Source: Rhodospirillales bacterium
GTDB taxonomy: Bacteria > Pseudomonadota > Alphaproteobacteria > Bin95
Assembly: GCA_038143065.1 (NCBI GenBank)
Contig: JAYQLI010000035.1
Coordinates: 1,600,894-1,664,893 of the forward strand
Direction: 5' to 3'
Length of the DNA stretch: 64,000 bases
In this document: one piece after another, positions 10,797-22,180 of the stretch
Numbering within the stretch: the stretch's first letter is position 1
Layout of the letters: each line of letters begins with the position of its first letter
Position numbers and translations under genes: made by a program
Notes under the pieces: generated by a model
What the model saw: only the letters and a program-made list of their open reading frames with translations
Databases searched by the model: none
Told to the model about the DNA's origin: nothing

Positions 10797-12170
10797 ATGT
10801 TTCTAAAATCAATCATTACAGCATCGGCGCTTGGATTAGCAGCTGTTGCATCCACCCCCGCCCTTGCGGCCGTAGACCCTGAATCTGCTTTTGTATTTAA
10901 CAGCTTCTCTTTCCTCATAAACGGCCTGGTTGTTATGTTCATGGCCTGCGGATTTGCTATGCTAGAGGCTGGGCTCGTAAGAACCAAGAATACAGCTACT
11001 ATCTGCCTCAAAAATATAGCCCTATACTCTATTGCCGGGTTGATGTTCTACCTGATCGGTTACGCACTAATGTATACCGATGTAGACGGTGGCTTCATTG
11101 GATCTTTGTCATTTCTTTACAATCCATCTGAGGCCGAATTAGCCTTAATCAATGCAGATGAGGCGTCAGCTGAAATGGTTGCGGCGGTAACCGGCAACGG
11201 GTATGCGAGCCAATCTGACTGGTTCTTCCAAATGGTCTTTGTCGCAACAGCAGCTTCAATAGTCTCCGGCACTGTTGCCGAAAGAATAAAGCTGTGGCCA
11301 TTCCTTATTTTCACCATTGTCCTTACAGCAGTCATTTACCCTATAATTGGCTCTTGGGAGTGGGGTGGCGGCTGGCTTAACAGCGAGTGGTATGTCGCGA
11401 CCTTTGGCGCTGAATTCATGGACTTTGCTGGGTCTACTTTGGTACACTCAACTGGTGGTTGGGCTGCCCTAGCCGGTGCGATCGTACTCGGAGCCCGGAA
11501 AGGAAAGTTTGGTCCTGATGGGGAGGTTCGCCCCATGCCTGGAGCAAACTTGCCGCTTGCGACCCTCGGTACTTTCATTCTTTGGTTCGGGTGGTTCGGC
11601 TTCAATGGCGGATCACAGCTCGCCCTTGGAAGTGCGTTGGATGCCGCTGCCATGTCGATCGTATTTGTGAACACCAATCTTGCGGCAGCCGGTGGTGTAG
11701 TCGCAGCAATGCTTGTTACCCAACTACGCTTTGGCAAGGTGGATCTTACGATGGCCCTTAACGGCGCAATCGCAGGTCTTGTATCTATCACCGCTGGCCC
11801 CGATCTACAGAACCACTTGACCAGTATATTTGTTGGCGCTGTTGGTGGTGTAATCGTCTGCTTCGCAGTTCCACTGTTAGACAAACTTAAGATCGACGAC
11901 GTTGTTGGCGCTGTTTCAGCACACCTTGCCGCCGGCATCTGGGGCACTTTAGCTGTCGGAATTTTTGGAGCAGGGACAATCCTTGGACAGCTTGTTGGCA
12001 TAGTCGCAGTGGGAGTGTTCGTATTTGTCGTCAGTTTCATTGTATGGACTGTACTGAAGGCAACCGTCGGCATTCGTTGCTCTGAGGAGGATGAAGTTAG
12101 CGGCCTTGATAAGGCTGAACTGGGTATGGAAGCCTATCCCGAATTTGGGCGCGGCTCACAGACCATGTAA
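10797..12170 (+). CDS. amtB: Ammonium transporter
   Basis: Signal peptide, GFAMLEAG, WFFQMVF, SGTVAER, DFAGSTLVH, WFGWFGFNGGS, DDVVGAVSAH (twin His intact). Confidence 0.97.
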   Translation: MFLKSIITASALGLAAVASTPALAAVDPESAFVFNSFSFLINGLVVMFMACGFAMLEAGLVRTKNTATICLKNIALYSIAGLMFYLIGYALMYTDVDGGFIGSLSFLYNPSEAELALINADEASAEMVAAVTGNGYASQSDWFFQMVFVATAASIVSGTVAERIKLWPFLIFTIVLTAVIYPIIGSWEWGGGWLNSEWYVATFGAEFMDFAGSTLVHSTGGWAALAGAIVLGARKGKFGPDGEVRPMPGANLPLATLGTFILWFGWFGFNGGSQLALGSALDAAAMSIVFVNTNLAAAGGVVAAMLVTQLRFGKVDLTMALNGAIAGLVSITAGPDLQNHLTSIFVGAVGGVIVCFAVPLLDKLKIDDVVGAVSAHLAAGIWGTLAVGIFGAGTILGQLVGIVAVGVFVFVVSFIVWTVLKATVGIRCSEEDEVSGLDKAELGMEAYPEFGRGSQTM

Positions 12171-12179
12171 ACAAGGAGT

Positions 12180-12225
12180 GATGGCTCGGCTCAAAATGCC
12201 GAGCCATCCACCCCTATTTTTTATT
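12180..12225 (+). terminator. Rho-independent terminator after glnK-amtB
   Basis: Perfect 11-bp stem GATGGCTCGGC / GCCGAGCCATC (12180-12208) with a 7-nt loop, followed by a T-rich tract. Confidence 0.75.
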
Positions 12226-12349
12226 TGTAAAAAAATTTTTTTATTAATTTCATATGATTACATGATATCATTAACAAATCGCTTGCCTTTTGGGCCTCAG
12301 TACAAGTAGTTTCCGTTTTGTACTCATTTTAGGGATTGGATCGTCCGCC

Positions 12350-14814
12350 GTGGCCTTGGCGATAGAAGCACCCGCTTCCTCTGGCTTCCTACCACCTGCC
12401 TTGCAGCGCTTTGTAAGGCGGCGCGTTCTTGAAACTGCAGGTCTTGGATTTATTGGACTTGCGGTAATAGCTTCAATTTGCCTTCTGACCTACAATCCAC
12501 TTGATCCGTCTGCAGCGATGGCCAGTGGGCAAGCACCCACAAATTGGCTAGGCGCAATTGGGGCAAACTTGGCAGATATGTCCCTTCGCATGATAGGGTT
12601 AGCAGTAATCCTCCCTATAATATCGCTCGCCTTTTGGGGATGGCGCTTCTTTGTTCACACGCCGCCCAAATGGCTTTGGCTGCGAATTGCATTGACCCCT
12701 CTTGCAACCATTCTGTGCTCAGGTGCTTTTTCTGCTCTGCCGACATTTGATGGATGGCCATTAACTGAAGGTTTAGGAGGGGCTTTTGGTTTCACAGCAT
12801 CAAATAATGTTTGGTATCTTCTCACATTACTTGATCCAACGATCAGCAAAAATATCGGGGCAGGTGTAGCCGCAGTTAGCGCGCTCGCACTATCGGCATG
12901 GTCAGCTGCTCCACCTGTAGTAACACTGTGGCGAGCAACTCGAGCCAGTGCTCTTGGATTATTCTGGGGGGTTGGCAAACTTACTTGGATATCCAAGCTC
13001 GTTGTTCGCGTTGCCTCCAATATAAAAAATCAAAAAGGGTCCAAAGCCTGGGTAGTTGATGCTGACTTTGATGAAGTTGATCCTCCTCCCGAAGTAGAGG
13101 CTAATGAGCCTCTCGCCCGGGTATCCCCACCAACAAAAACAAAGCGTGCATTATCAGACAGGATTGGGGATGCACTTCACGTCCGAAGAGATAAAAAAAA
13201 GACAGAGGCACCAAAATCCAAGAAACGAGCGGAAAAACCAAAAAGAAAGCGCCTCCACCTCTTCGTGCAAAGTCTGGAAAACAGCCTGACTTACCTCTGG
13301 AAGACGGATTCCAACTACCCCCGCTAGATCTTTTGCAGGAAGCAGAAGAAAGAGCCGAACTTGAGAGCGATTCCATCCTGAATGAAAAAGCTCGAGCCTT
13401 GGAAAGCATTCTCGACGATTTCGGCGTAAAGGGCGAAATAAAAAGTTCTCGCCAAGGTCCGGTAGTAACCCTCTACGAGCTCGAACCAGCACCGGGGGTA
13501 AAAGCCTCTCGAGTGATTGGGCTTGCAGATGACCTTGCTCGAAATATGAGTGCGGTCTCTGTACGTGTTGCAACTGTTCCAGGCAAAAACGTTATTGGCG
13601 TTGAATTGCCCAACACCTTCCGTGAAACCGTTTATCTTCGCGAATTACTGGCAACAAAGGAGTATAGGTCTGCTGGTAATTTACCCCTTGTATTAGGCAA
13701 AGACATTGCTGGCACGCCAGTTATAGTTGACCTTGCGCGGATGCCACATTTGCTCATTGCTGGCACTACCGGCTCGGGAAAGTCCGTCGCAATCAATGCA
13801 ATGATCCTTTCTCTTCTATACGCCATGACACCCGAAGAATGCCGCTTCATTATGGTCGATCCCAAGATGCTGGAGCTGTCGGTCTATGACGGCGTACCAC
13901 ATTTACTTGCACCCGTGGTCACAGAACCCAAGAAAGCCGTAGTTGCGCTTAAATGGGTAGTCCGAGAGATGGAAAACCGCTACCGCGCAATGTCTACCTT
14001 AGGAGTTCGAAATATTGCCGGGTACAATGCTAAAATTGCGGAAGCTCGCAAAAAGGGGGAACCTCTAACACGCAGGGTGCAGACAGGGTTTGATTCCGAT
14101 ACAGGCAGACCAATATACGAAGAGCAGCCTCTAGATATGCGCTCTCTGCCATTTATCGTCGTAGTAGTCGACGAGATGGCAGATTTAATGCTTGTGGCAG
14201 GTAAGGACATTGAAGCAGCCATTCAACGGCTTGCTCAAATGGCCAGAGCCGCCGGAATACATCTAATTATGGCAACTCAACGACCATCCGTAGATGTAAT
14301 TACCGGCACCATCAAAGCAAACTTCCCAACACGAATGAGTTTTCAAGTAACATCTAAAATAGATAGCCGAACTATTCTCGGAGAGGGCGGCGCGGAACAG
14401 CTTTTGGGACAAGGGGACGGTCTCTATATGGCAGGCGGCGGCCGCATAAAGCGGATACACGGACCGTTTGTTGAAGACAATGAGGTTGGGGATATAGTCA
14501 ATTTCCTAAAAGGACAGGCCCCACCAGTTTATCTTGAAGCAGTAACAGAAGATGAAGGGGCAGCCGACGGTATCCCAGGCTTTGACCCTGTTGGCAGCGG
14601 ATCAAGTGGAGATGAGGACAACAACCTCTACGACCAAGCTGTTGCTATAGTTGCATCTGATAAAAAAGCTTCCACTTCCTACCTGCAACGCCGCCTAAAA
14701 ATTGGATACAATCGCGCTGCTTCTTTAATTGAACAGATGGAAGAACAAGGAGTTGTGAGCCCCGCCAATCATGTTGGGAAGCGAGAAATTCTCATTGGCA
14801 ACCACAACGACTAG
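12350..14814 (+). CDS. ftsK: DNA translocase FtsK (4TM N-terminus, Lys-rich linker, motor and gamma domains); one frameshift at ~13235-13250
   Basis: N-terminal TYNPLDP..NWLG..GANLAD TM domain (ORF 12290-13327); motor domain [44 protein letters not shown], gamma domain [17 protein letters not shown] (ORF 13333-14814); the alternative frame reads [10 protein letters not shown] across the join. Confidence 0.93.
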
Positions 14815-14891
14815 TATCTAAAAAAAGCTTCCGCTTAAATTTAGTCATAATCTAACAATAAAGATCTAAGAATTCCTTAGGCAGAAGGCCA

Positions 14892-15512
14892 TTGTTGCGG
14901 AGTCAAATTTTGCGTTTGTTAATAGTCATACTTTTCATGTGCATTAATGCGCTTAGTGTCTCTGCATTGGCTGAAACTGCTGTTACCGAGCGCGCCCTAA
15001 AGACACTAAACAGTATTCGGACCCTTTATGCTGAATTTAAACAGTATGACCAGGACGGAAATCGTTGGAGCGGTAAAATGTGGCTGGAGAGGCCAGGCAA
15101 GCTCCGATTTGAGTATGACCCACCAGAAAAAGACGTGATTTCGAGTACTGGCTTATTCGTCAATCTCTATGACGCCGAACTTGATGCGGTCACTCAAATC
15201 CCAACCGGTTTAGCACCAGCATGGTTTCTTCTTGAGGACCCTGTAGAGTTAGACAAGGACGTCGAGATCTTAGCAGAAGGTTCTGCAGGAAAGACCTATT
15301 TTATCACCGCCGCCCAAAACAGCCTACTAACCGATGCGAAAGTAACCATTATTTTTGAGCTAGGCGCGCCCGACCAGATACTTGGATGGACCGTTGCGGA
15401 AGATGGAGGAAAGACGATGCATGTGAATCTTATTAACCCAGTAATCGGCTCACCTATCAATGAAAATATCTTTCAATATCAACCACCCACTCCGAAATAC
15501 CCGAACAATTGA
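14892..15512 (+). CDS. lolA: Outer-membrane lipoprotein carrier LolA
   Basis: Signal peptide, LNSIRTLYAEFKQ, ERPGKLRFEYDPP; follows ftsK. Confidence 0.85.
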   Translation: MLRSQILRLLIVILFMCINALSVSALAETAVTERALKTLNSIRTLYAEFKQYDQDGNRWSGKMWLERPGKLRFEYDPPEKDVISSTGLFVNLYDAELDAVTQIPTGLAPAWFLLEDPVELDKDVEILAEGSAGKTYFITAAQNSLLTDAKVTIIFELGAPDQILGWTVAEDGGKTMHVNLINPVIGSPINENIFQYQPPTPKYPNN

Positions 15513-15622
15513 TTTCTCTATGAACCATGCACGAGGAGCCTGACCCATCCAACCAAAAATGATGCTGGTTGATCTGAATAATAGTTAAACCAAAAGCATG
15601 TGAGGCAATTTCACTATTTTTA

Positions 15623-16822
15623 CTATGCCGCTGCCTCAAGAGCTTTTACTCCAGGCAATGTCTTACCTTCCAACCATTCAAGAAAAGCCCCGCCTGCAGT
15701 TGACACATAGCTAAATTCTTCGAGGACGCCGGCGTGTGCGAGAGCAGCAACGGTGTCACCACCACCTGCTACTGCAAGCAATTTACCGGCGGCGACAAGC
15801 TCAGCTGCCTTCTGGGCGACGCGATTTGTCGATTGGTCAAACGGAGGTGTATCAAACGCGCCTAATGGGCCATTCCAAACAATGGTTTTGTACTGCTCAA
15901 GCAAGATCTCAAGGGCCGCCGCGCTAGCTGGCCCTACATCTAACATCATCTGAGCAAGTGGCACGGCAGTAACAGGAACAACCGCTGTCTCAGGATTGGC
16001 TTTGAACTCCTCTGCAACGACTGCGTCAGTGGGCAGAATGAGCTTACAGCCGTTAGCATCCGCTTTCGTCATGATTGCTTTAGCCGTTTCGAGCATCTCA
16101 GCCTCAACGAGGCTTTTGCCCATATCATGACCGAGGGCAAGCAAGAAGGTGTTTGCCATACCACCTCCCACTATCAAAGCATCAACCTTGTCAATCAGCG
16201 CTTCGAGAACCTCAATCTTCGATGACACTTTCGCACCACCGACTAAAGCTGCAGCAGGTCGCGCAGGCTTCTCAAGGGCATTTCCCAACGCAAGAAGTTC
16301 AGCCTCCATCAGCCTACCGGCAACAGCAGGCAAAGCTCGCGCAATACCTTCCGTTGAGGCATGAGCACGGTGAGCTGCAGAAAAAGCATCATTGACATAA
16401 ACATCGCCAAGCTCTGCAAGAGCAGCAACGAATTGAGGATCATTTTTTTCTTCACCAGCATGAAAACGCAAATTTTCAAGTAAAGCTATGTCCCCATCTT
16501 TTAACTGTCTGATTACGCTTTCAGCGGCTTCTCCGATGCAGTCCTCAGCGAAGCACACTGTTTGGCTGACAGCGGCAGCCATTGCATCCGCAATCGGGCG
16601 CAAGGACATGTCTTCGACCCGTTGCCCTTTAGGCCTCCCAAAATGGCTAATGCAGACAACACGCGCCCCTCTTTCTTGCAGGTCTTTGATTGTAGTTAGA
16701 GACCGCTCTATTCGTGTAGCGTCTGTCACCCTTCCGTTCCGGACCGGCACGTTATAGTCCACACGGACAAGTACTATCTTTCCGGAAACATCAATATCAT
16801 CGATGGTCTTAAAGTGAGGCAT
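15623..16822 (-). CDS. pgk: Phosphoglycerate kinase
   Basis: VRVDYNVP, SHFGRP, LLENLRF, NDAFSAAHRAHAS, GGAKVSSK, WNGPLG, GGGDT, STAGGAFLE. Confidence 0.97.
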   Translation of the reverse strand: MPHFKTIDDIDVSGKIVLVRVDYNVPVRNGRVTDATRIERSLTTIKDLQERGARVVCISHFGRPKGQRVEDMSLRPIADAMAAAVSQTVCFAEDCIGEAAESVIRQLKDGDIALLENLRFHAGEEKNDPQFVAALAELGDVYVNDAFSAAHRAHASTEGIARALPAVAGRLMEAELLALGNALEKPARPAAALVGGAKVSSKIEVLEALIDKVDALIVGGGMANTFLLALGHDMGKSLVEAEMLETAKAIMTKADANGCKLILPTDAVVAEEFKANPETAVVPVTAVPLAQMMLDVGPASAAALEILLEQYKTIVWNGPLGAFDTPPFDQSTNRVAQKAAELVAAGKLLAVAGGGDTVAALAHAGVLEEFSYVSTAGGAFLEWLEGKTLPGVKALEAAA

Positions 16823-16831
16823 TGATTGTCC

Positions 16832-17635
16832 TTAGTCACCAGTGAAGACTGGTTTACGCTTTTCAGCAAACGCCCTAGCCGCTTCCTCATGATCCTTAGT
16901 TGCTTGCGCCAATGCTTGCATTCCTGCAGCCATCTCAAGGGCTGTATCCAGGCGCTGAAATTCACTCTCTTTTAATAACCTTTTGGTCATGCGCAGGGCT
17001 TCAGGAGGCTTCCTGCTGATCTTTGTTGCTATTTTGATGGCTGTTGGCATCAATTCATCAATAGGCACAACATGACTGACAAGACCTATAGATTTTGCCT
17101 CTGCTGCATCGATAACATCGCCTGTAAAGGTCATCTCAAAAGCTTTAGACCTTCCGACAAGGCGTGGAAGATACCATGATCCCCCATCGCCAGGGATAAT
17201 ACCAAGGTTCACAAACACTTCGCCAAATTGTGCTGTATCAGCAGCCACTCTAATATCTGCCATCATAGCTAGATCGCAGCCAGCCCCAATTGCGTGACCG
17301 TTAACAGCAGCAATAATAGGGACCTCTATTTTATCCAGAGCTAAAGGAATTCTTTGAATACCCTCACGATACCAATGACGGGTACCTGCGGGAAACGCTT
17401 GCATTTTTGATGCCCGCGCCGCCATATCCTTTACATCGCCGCCAGAGGAAAATGCCGTACCAGCACCAGTTAAAATAACACACGAAACCTCATGGTCTTT
17501 GGCGACCATGTCTGCCACTTCCTCAAATCGCTCAACTACATCTGGAGCAGAGACTGCGTTCCGAATTTCTGGTTTATTGATCGTCCAGGTAACAATACGA
17601 CCATTCTTTTCATAAAGGATGCTATCAGCACTCAT
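16832..17635 (-). CDS. Enoyl-CoA hydratase/crotonase family protein
   Basis: AFSSGGDV, AVNGHAIGAGCDLA, GIIPGDGG, C-terminal FAEKRKPVFTG. Confidence 0.9.
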   Translation of the reverse strand: MSADSILYEKNGRIVTWTINKPEIRNAVSAPDVVERFEEVADMVAKDHEVSCVILTGAGTAFSSGGDVKDMAARASKMQAFPAGTRHWYREGIQRIPLALDKIEVPIIAAVNGHAIGAGCDLAMMADIRVAADTAQFGEVFVNLGIIPGDGGSWYLPRLVGRSKAFEMTFTGDVIDAAEAKSIGLVSHVVPIDELMPTAIKIATKISRKPPEALRMTKRLLKESEFQRLDTALEMAAGMQALAQATKDHEEAARAFAEKRKPVFTGD

Positions 17636-17659
17636 TGTTTTAATTCCTTCGAATTTATT

Positions 17660-18566
17660 CTAAGTCAGGCTGTAAGTGGATTCAGGCCCAGGCGGATTTT
17701 CAGCAGCAGCTACTTCGCCTCGTTCCCACATGGCTAGCAGATGCGACAGAACTGATCGACCTGCAGCACGGTGGAGGCTCTTATCGACGTCGGCGTACAT
17801 AACTTCCACCATAACTGGAATGGTCTTAGGACCAGATGATAAGCAATTCTGTATTTGTGATTCTCTGGCTTCCCGGTGACTAATGAACGCCTCAACAAAG
17901 GCTCGGGGTTGGTCACAGGTCCACCGTGGCCAGGATAGTATACTGACTCACTTCTTTTCAGAAGCTTTCTTAAACTTGCCATATAGTCGGTCATATCTCC
18001 ATCAGGTGGAGAAACAATCGAGGTTGACCATGCCATTACATGATCACCAGACAACAATATGTTTTCTTCCTTCAACGATAGACACAAATGATTAGAAATA
18101 TGACCTGGAGTATGAATTGCCTCCAGTGTCCAACCTTCCCCCTGATCAAATCGCCATCAGCGACCAAATTATCTGGAATAAAATTTTTATCTCCACCTTC
18201 TGGACTATCAAAAGGCCAATCGCGCCGCGCACCAGCTCCATGCGGCCCAAAGCCATAAGTAGGTGCCCCAGTAGCTTTTTGAATTGCTGGTATTCCTGGA
18301 GAATGATCGTTGTGGGTATGCGTTGCTATGATGTGAGTAACCGTTTCTCCCTTGACTGCCTTCATGATTGCAGCGGCGTGCTCTGAGGAGACAGGACCCG
18401 GGTCAACAATCGCAACACTTCCTCTACCTACTATATAGGTATTAGTACCTTTAAAGGTGAACATAGATGGGTTTGGAGAAGTTACCCGTCTTAAAATGGG
18501 TGAGATTTCAACTATTTCACCAGGCTCAGCGTCAAACTGGCGATTGAAAGGGATGGGGTCAGCCAT
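17660..18566 (-). CDS. Metallo-beta-lactamase-fold hydrolase (LACTB2-like) with C-terminal winged helix; two frameshifts (~18140, ~17898)
   Basis: PNPSMFTFKGTNTY, THTHNDHSPG (HxHxDH), reconstructed HTPGHISNH, SGDHVMAWSTS, PGHGG, RSVLSHL; TAG at 17660. Confidence 0.85.
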
Positions 18567-18820
18567 CGAGGTCATCTCCTTGCGAGCGGGGACCGCATCC
18601 TGACGAGACGAGCCCAGAGGATCAAGAGGATCTGTTACTTAATTAAACCAAATAATTCTCATTATTCAGGATATCTCCGTAACCCACACATCAAAGACAG
18701 CTTTCAATGCATTAGACAAGAACCGCCACCCTCGCTCCCCAGTCCAACTTTGAACGCCAATTTTAGGAGAGCCGGGTCTGGCCAATTAAGGGAGTCTGAG
18801 TAATAACTCTATCACCGAAT

Positions 18821-20502
18821 ATGACAGTGGATGCGGTTAGGAAACCAAATCCAATGACAGGTAAAAAATTAGATTTTGATGCCATAGTGATTGGCGCGGG
18901 AATATCAGGCCTCTATGAGCTGCATCTTCTAAGAGACCGTTATGGCCTGAACGCAAGGGTTTTCGAAGCAGGAACCGGTGTAGGCGGAACATGGTACTGG
19001 AACCGATACCCAGGCTGCCGTTTTGATTCTGAAAGTTGGTCTTACGGATATTCTTTTAATAAAGAAATTCTAGCTGAATGGAATTGGACAGAGCACTTTG
19101 CACCCCAGCCTGAAACCGAGCGTTATCTAAATTTTGTAGCCGACAAACTTGATCTTCGAAAGAACATCCAGTTCTCCGCTAGAGTAAAGTCTGCGCACTA
19201 TGATGACAATGATGAATCTTGGACAGTGACACTAGAAAATGGCGAAAGCTATCGCTGTCGCTATTTTGTGACTTGCGTTGGACCTTTATCCGCACCGACG
19301 TATCCCAAATTCGATGGCATCGAATCTTTCGAGGGCGAAAGCTGCCATACAGGCCTATGGCCAAAGCACAAAGTATCATTTGAGGGGAAGCGGGTAGCTG
19401 TTATTGGAACTGGTGCAACCGGCGTACAGACTATCCAGGAGGTCGCGAAAACAGCCAAGCATTTAACAGTCTTTCAACGCAGACCAAATTGGTGCACCCC
19501 CTGCATAATGGGCCCATTTCTTCTGAAGAGATGGAAGAAATCCGAGGGCGATACCCTGAAATATTCCGCCTTTGCAAAGAAACCGCGTCTTGTTTTGTGC
19601 ACAATCCAGATCCCAGGAAAACATTGGAAACACAAGAGGCTGAGCGCAATGCGTTTTTACAAAACCGATACGAAACGCCTGGCTTCGGGATTTGGATGGG
19701 CAATTTTAAGGACATGCTTACAGATCGGGCTGCGAATAAAGTAATTTCAGATTTTGTTGCGGAGCGCATACGAGAGCGGGTCAAAGATCCCGCAACAGCA
19801 GAGAAATTAATTCCAACGGATCATGGGTTTGGCACTCGCCGAGTCCCACAAGAGACTTTCTATTATGAAGTTTACAACCAGCCAAACGTAGAACTAATCT
19901 CAATGCTGGAGACACCGATAGAACGCATCACCCCCAAAGGCTTGGAAACGAGTGACCGCAGCTTTGAGTTTGATATCATAATTTATGCAACTGGGTTTGA
20001 CGCAATAACTGGGAGCTTTGACCGGATCGATATCCAAGGAGCCGATGGAATAAAGCTCAAGGATAAGTGGAAAGGCGGACCAACCTCCTATCTAGGAATG
20101 ATGGTGAAAGATTTCCCAAACATGTTCATGGTAGTCGGGCCTCACACAGCCCTCGGTAATATCCCACGATCAATTGAGCATATTGCTGAGTGGGTTGCTG
20201 GCGCCATCAATCACATGCATCAAAATGGCATTACATTTGCTGACCCAACGCAGTCGGGTGTTGATGAATGGACTGACTACGTTGCTGAAGTAGGTGAGGG
20301 ACTTCTCTCTAACGAAATTGATAGCTGGATGACCGGCATCAATCTTAATGTTGAAGGAAAGCAGACTCGCATATTAGCCCGCTACAGCGGCAGTGCCGTC
20401 GAATATAGGCGGAGATGCGATAAAATAGCTGAGGATGGCTATACCAACGTAACTTTCACCTCTCGTGGTAGTGTAATGGCTAACGCCAACCCAAATCACT
20501 AA
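18821..20502 (+). CDS. Type I Baeyer-Villiger monooxygenase (cyclohexanone monooxygenase family); one frameshift in the C-run at ~19497-19501
   Basis: GAGISG, GGTWYWNRYPGCRFD, BVMO fingerprint FEGESCHTGLWP, GTGATG, YATGFDAITG; joined reading PNWCTPLHNG. Confidence 0.92.
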
Positions 20503-20539
20503 CGGTCTAATTGCATAGTTGAAGATAAGGATGTGATCT

Positions 20540-21322
20540 ATGATTGAAAGCAAAACAATGGAAGCCGCTAAATTGCTTCAAGAAGCTTGGGCTGAAGGCA
20601 AAATATTAGCTGATCTACCAAGTTCATGCGCACCAAAAAATGAAGCTGAGGCCACCGCAATTGGCTATGCTATTATTTTGAACTTTGGTCATGAAATTGG
20701 CGGTTGGAAAATTGGTGCGACGGGTGAAGGGCCGCAAAAGGCACTAGGTTTAACGCAGCCATTTGTTGGAGCTATACGGGCTTCAAATGTTCTTTCAAGT
20801 CCAGCGGATTTTCAATTTGCGGACCTTAATCGCCCAATTGTAGAGTCTGAATATGCTTACCGCCTTAAAACAGATCTTCCTGTCCGTAATGAAGGCTATT
20901 CCCGAAGCGACATAGAAGCCGCCATTGGCTCCATAATCTGTGGGATCGAAGTCCCATTAAGCAGACTTTCGGCAGACAATACTCTGGGCCCTTTGGCCCT
21001 TCTCGCGGATCATGGGGGCACCGGCTATTACTTGATTGGCGCAGAGATTGAGAACTGGAGATCTGTGGATGCTATTACCACTGATGTCACTCTGACTTTT
21101 GATGGTAACGAAGCAGGCCGTGGCACTGGTGCGCTGATGATGGGAGACCCAATCAATGCGCTCGTTTGGTTTGTAAATTACATGGGCGAAAAAGGCATCG
21201 GATTAAAGGCCGGGCAATTCGTTTCAACGGGCTCATGCACTGGCGTAATTCCAGCACCAGGCCCTACCACCGCTATTGCTGACTTTGGGAGTGAAGGTCA
21301 GGTAAAGCTAATTTTCAACTAA
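20540..21322 (+). CDS. 2-keto-4-pentenoate hydratase-like protein (FAH superfamily)
   Basis: GWKIGAT, GIEVP..R, LADHG, GDPINALVW, GLKAGQFVSTGS. Confidence 0.82.
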   Translation: MIESKTMEAAKLLQEAWAEGKILADLPSSCAPKNEAEATAIGYAIILNFGHEIGGWKIGATGEGPQKALGLTQPFVGAIRASNVLSSPADFQFADLNRPIVESEYAYRLKTDLPVRNEGYSRSDIEAAIGSIICGIEVPLSRLSADNTLGPLALLADHGGTGYYLIGAEIENWRSVDAITTDVTLTFDGNEAGRGTGALMMGDPINALVWFVNYMGEKGIGLKAGQFVSTGSCTGVIPAPGPTTAIADFGSEGQVKLIFN

Positions 21323-21336
21323 GTGTGGTTCACTAA

Positions 21337-22029
21337 ATGTCGAAAGTACTGCTAGTTGTTGGGGCGGGCCCAGGCCTTGGGGCTTCCATCGGAAGACGAT
21401 TTAGCGAGGAAGGCTTTAAAGTTGCTCTCGCGTCCAGAAGTTTAGAGAAGGTATCAGCCGTTTGCGAAAACGTACCTGGGGCCAAGGGATTTGCGTGTGA
21501 TGCCACCAATGAAGATGACGTAAATCGTTTGTTTTCGGAGGTCACCCAATCTTTTGGAACTCCCACAGCTGTTGTCTTTAATGCAAGCGGCAGAGTGCGT
21601 AAAAGTATCCTAGAGATGCAGTCCGATGAATTTATCCAGGCTTGGATGGCTGCATGTCACGGTGGCTTCTTGGTTGGCCGTGAAGCGGCACGCCAAATGG
21701 TGCCAAGAGGGGCAGGCACAATACTTTTCACTGGAGCAACAGCATCAGTGAAAAGCTACGCCAACTCCGCCGGATTTGCTGTGGGGAAATTTGGTTTGCG
21801 CGCGCTCGCCTTCTCAATGGCCCGGGAACTAGGACCAAAAGGAATTCATGTGGGACATGTCGTAGTAGATGGCGGCATTCAAGCAACCCACAGACCGGAA
21901 GACCCAAGTGTTCCTGATAAATGGCTAAACCCTAAGGATATAGCAGAAAGTTATTGGCACCTGCATGCTCAACGCCGGTCAAGCTGGACAGTAGAAATAG
22001 ATGTTCGGCCATGGGTGGAGAATTTTTAA
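21337..22029 (+). CDS. Short-chain dehydrogenase/reductase (atypical, FxxxK active-site motif)
   Basis: GAGPGLG, VFNA, FTGATAS, FAVGKFGLRAL, ELGPKGIHV, VRPWVENF. Confidence 0.88.
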   Translation: MSKVLLVVGAGPGLGASIGRRFSEEGFKVALASRSLEKVSAVCENVPGAKGFACDATNEDDVNRLFSEVTQSFGTPTAVVFNASGRVRKSILEMQSDEFIQAWMAACHGGFLVGREAARQMVPRGAGTILFTGATASVKSYANSAGFAVGKFGLRALAFSMARELGPKGIHVGHVVVDGGIQATHRPEDPSVPDKWLNPKDIAESYWHLHAQRRSSWTVEIDVRPWVENF

Positions 22030-22180
22030 TACAAAAGCTCTCACCTAATTAATCAAACATCCAGAAATCAGATCATTGATTCTTAAGACAACTGCCTTGC
22101 GCCGAGGGCATCGCACGAATAGCCTTTACAATGGAATTTTTCTCGGCGCTGACTGCAGGCATATAAGGAGTTGAGTTAAT

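Noticed and set aside
11336-12073. 245-aa antisense ORF inside amtB
   Set aside because: Shadow frame of a highly expressed, codon-biased membrane gene; Thr/Pro/Ala-rich with no motif or RBS
13190-13333. Naturally split or programmed-frameshift FtsK
   Set aside because: The break lies in A-rich linker DNA and matches the window-wide homopolymer error pattern
18576-18820. Possible riboswitch or sRNA between the MBL hydrolase and BVMO genes
   Set aside because: No recognisable aptamer consensus or strong terminator by eye; an Rfam/Infernal scan would be needed
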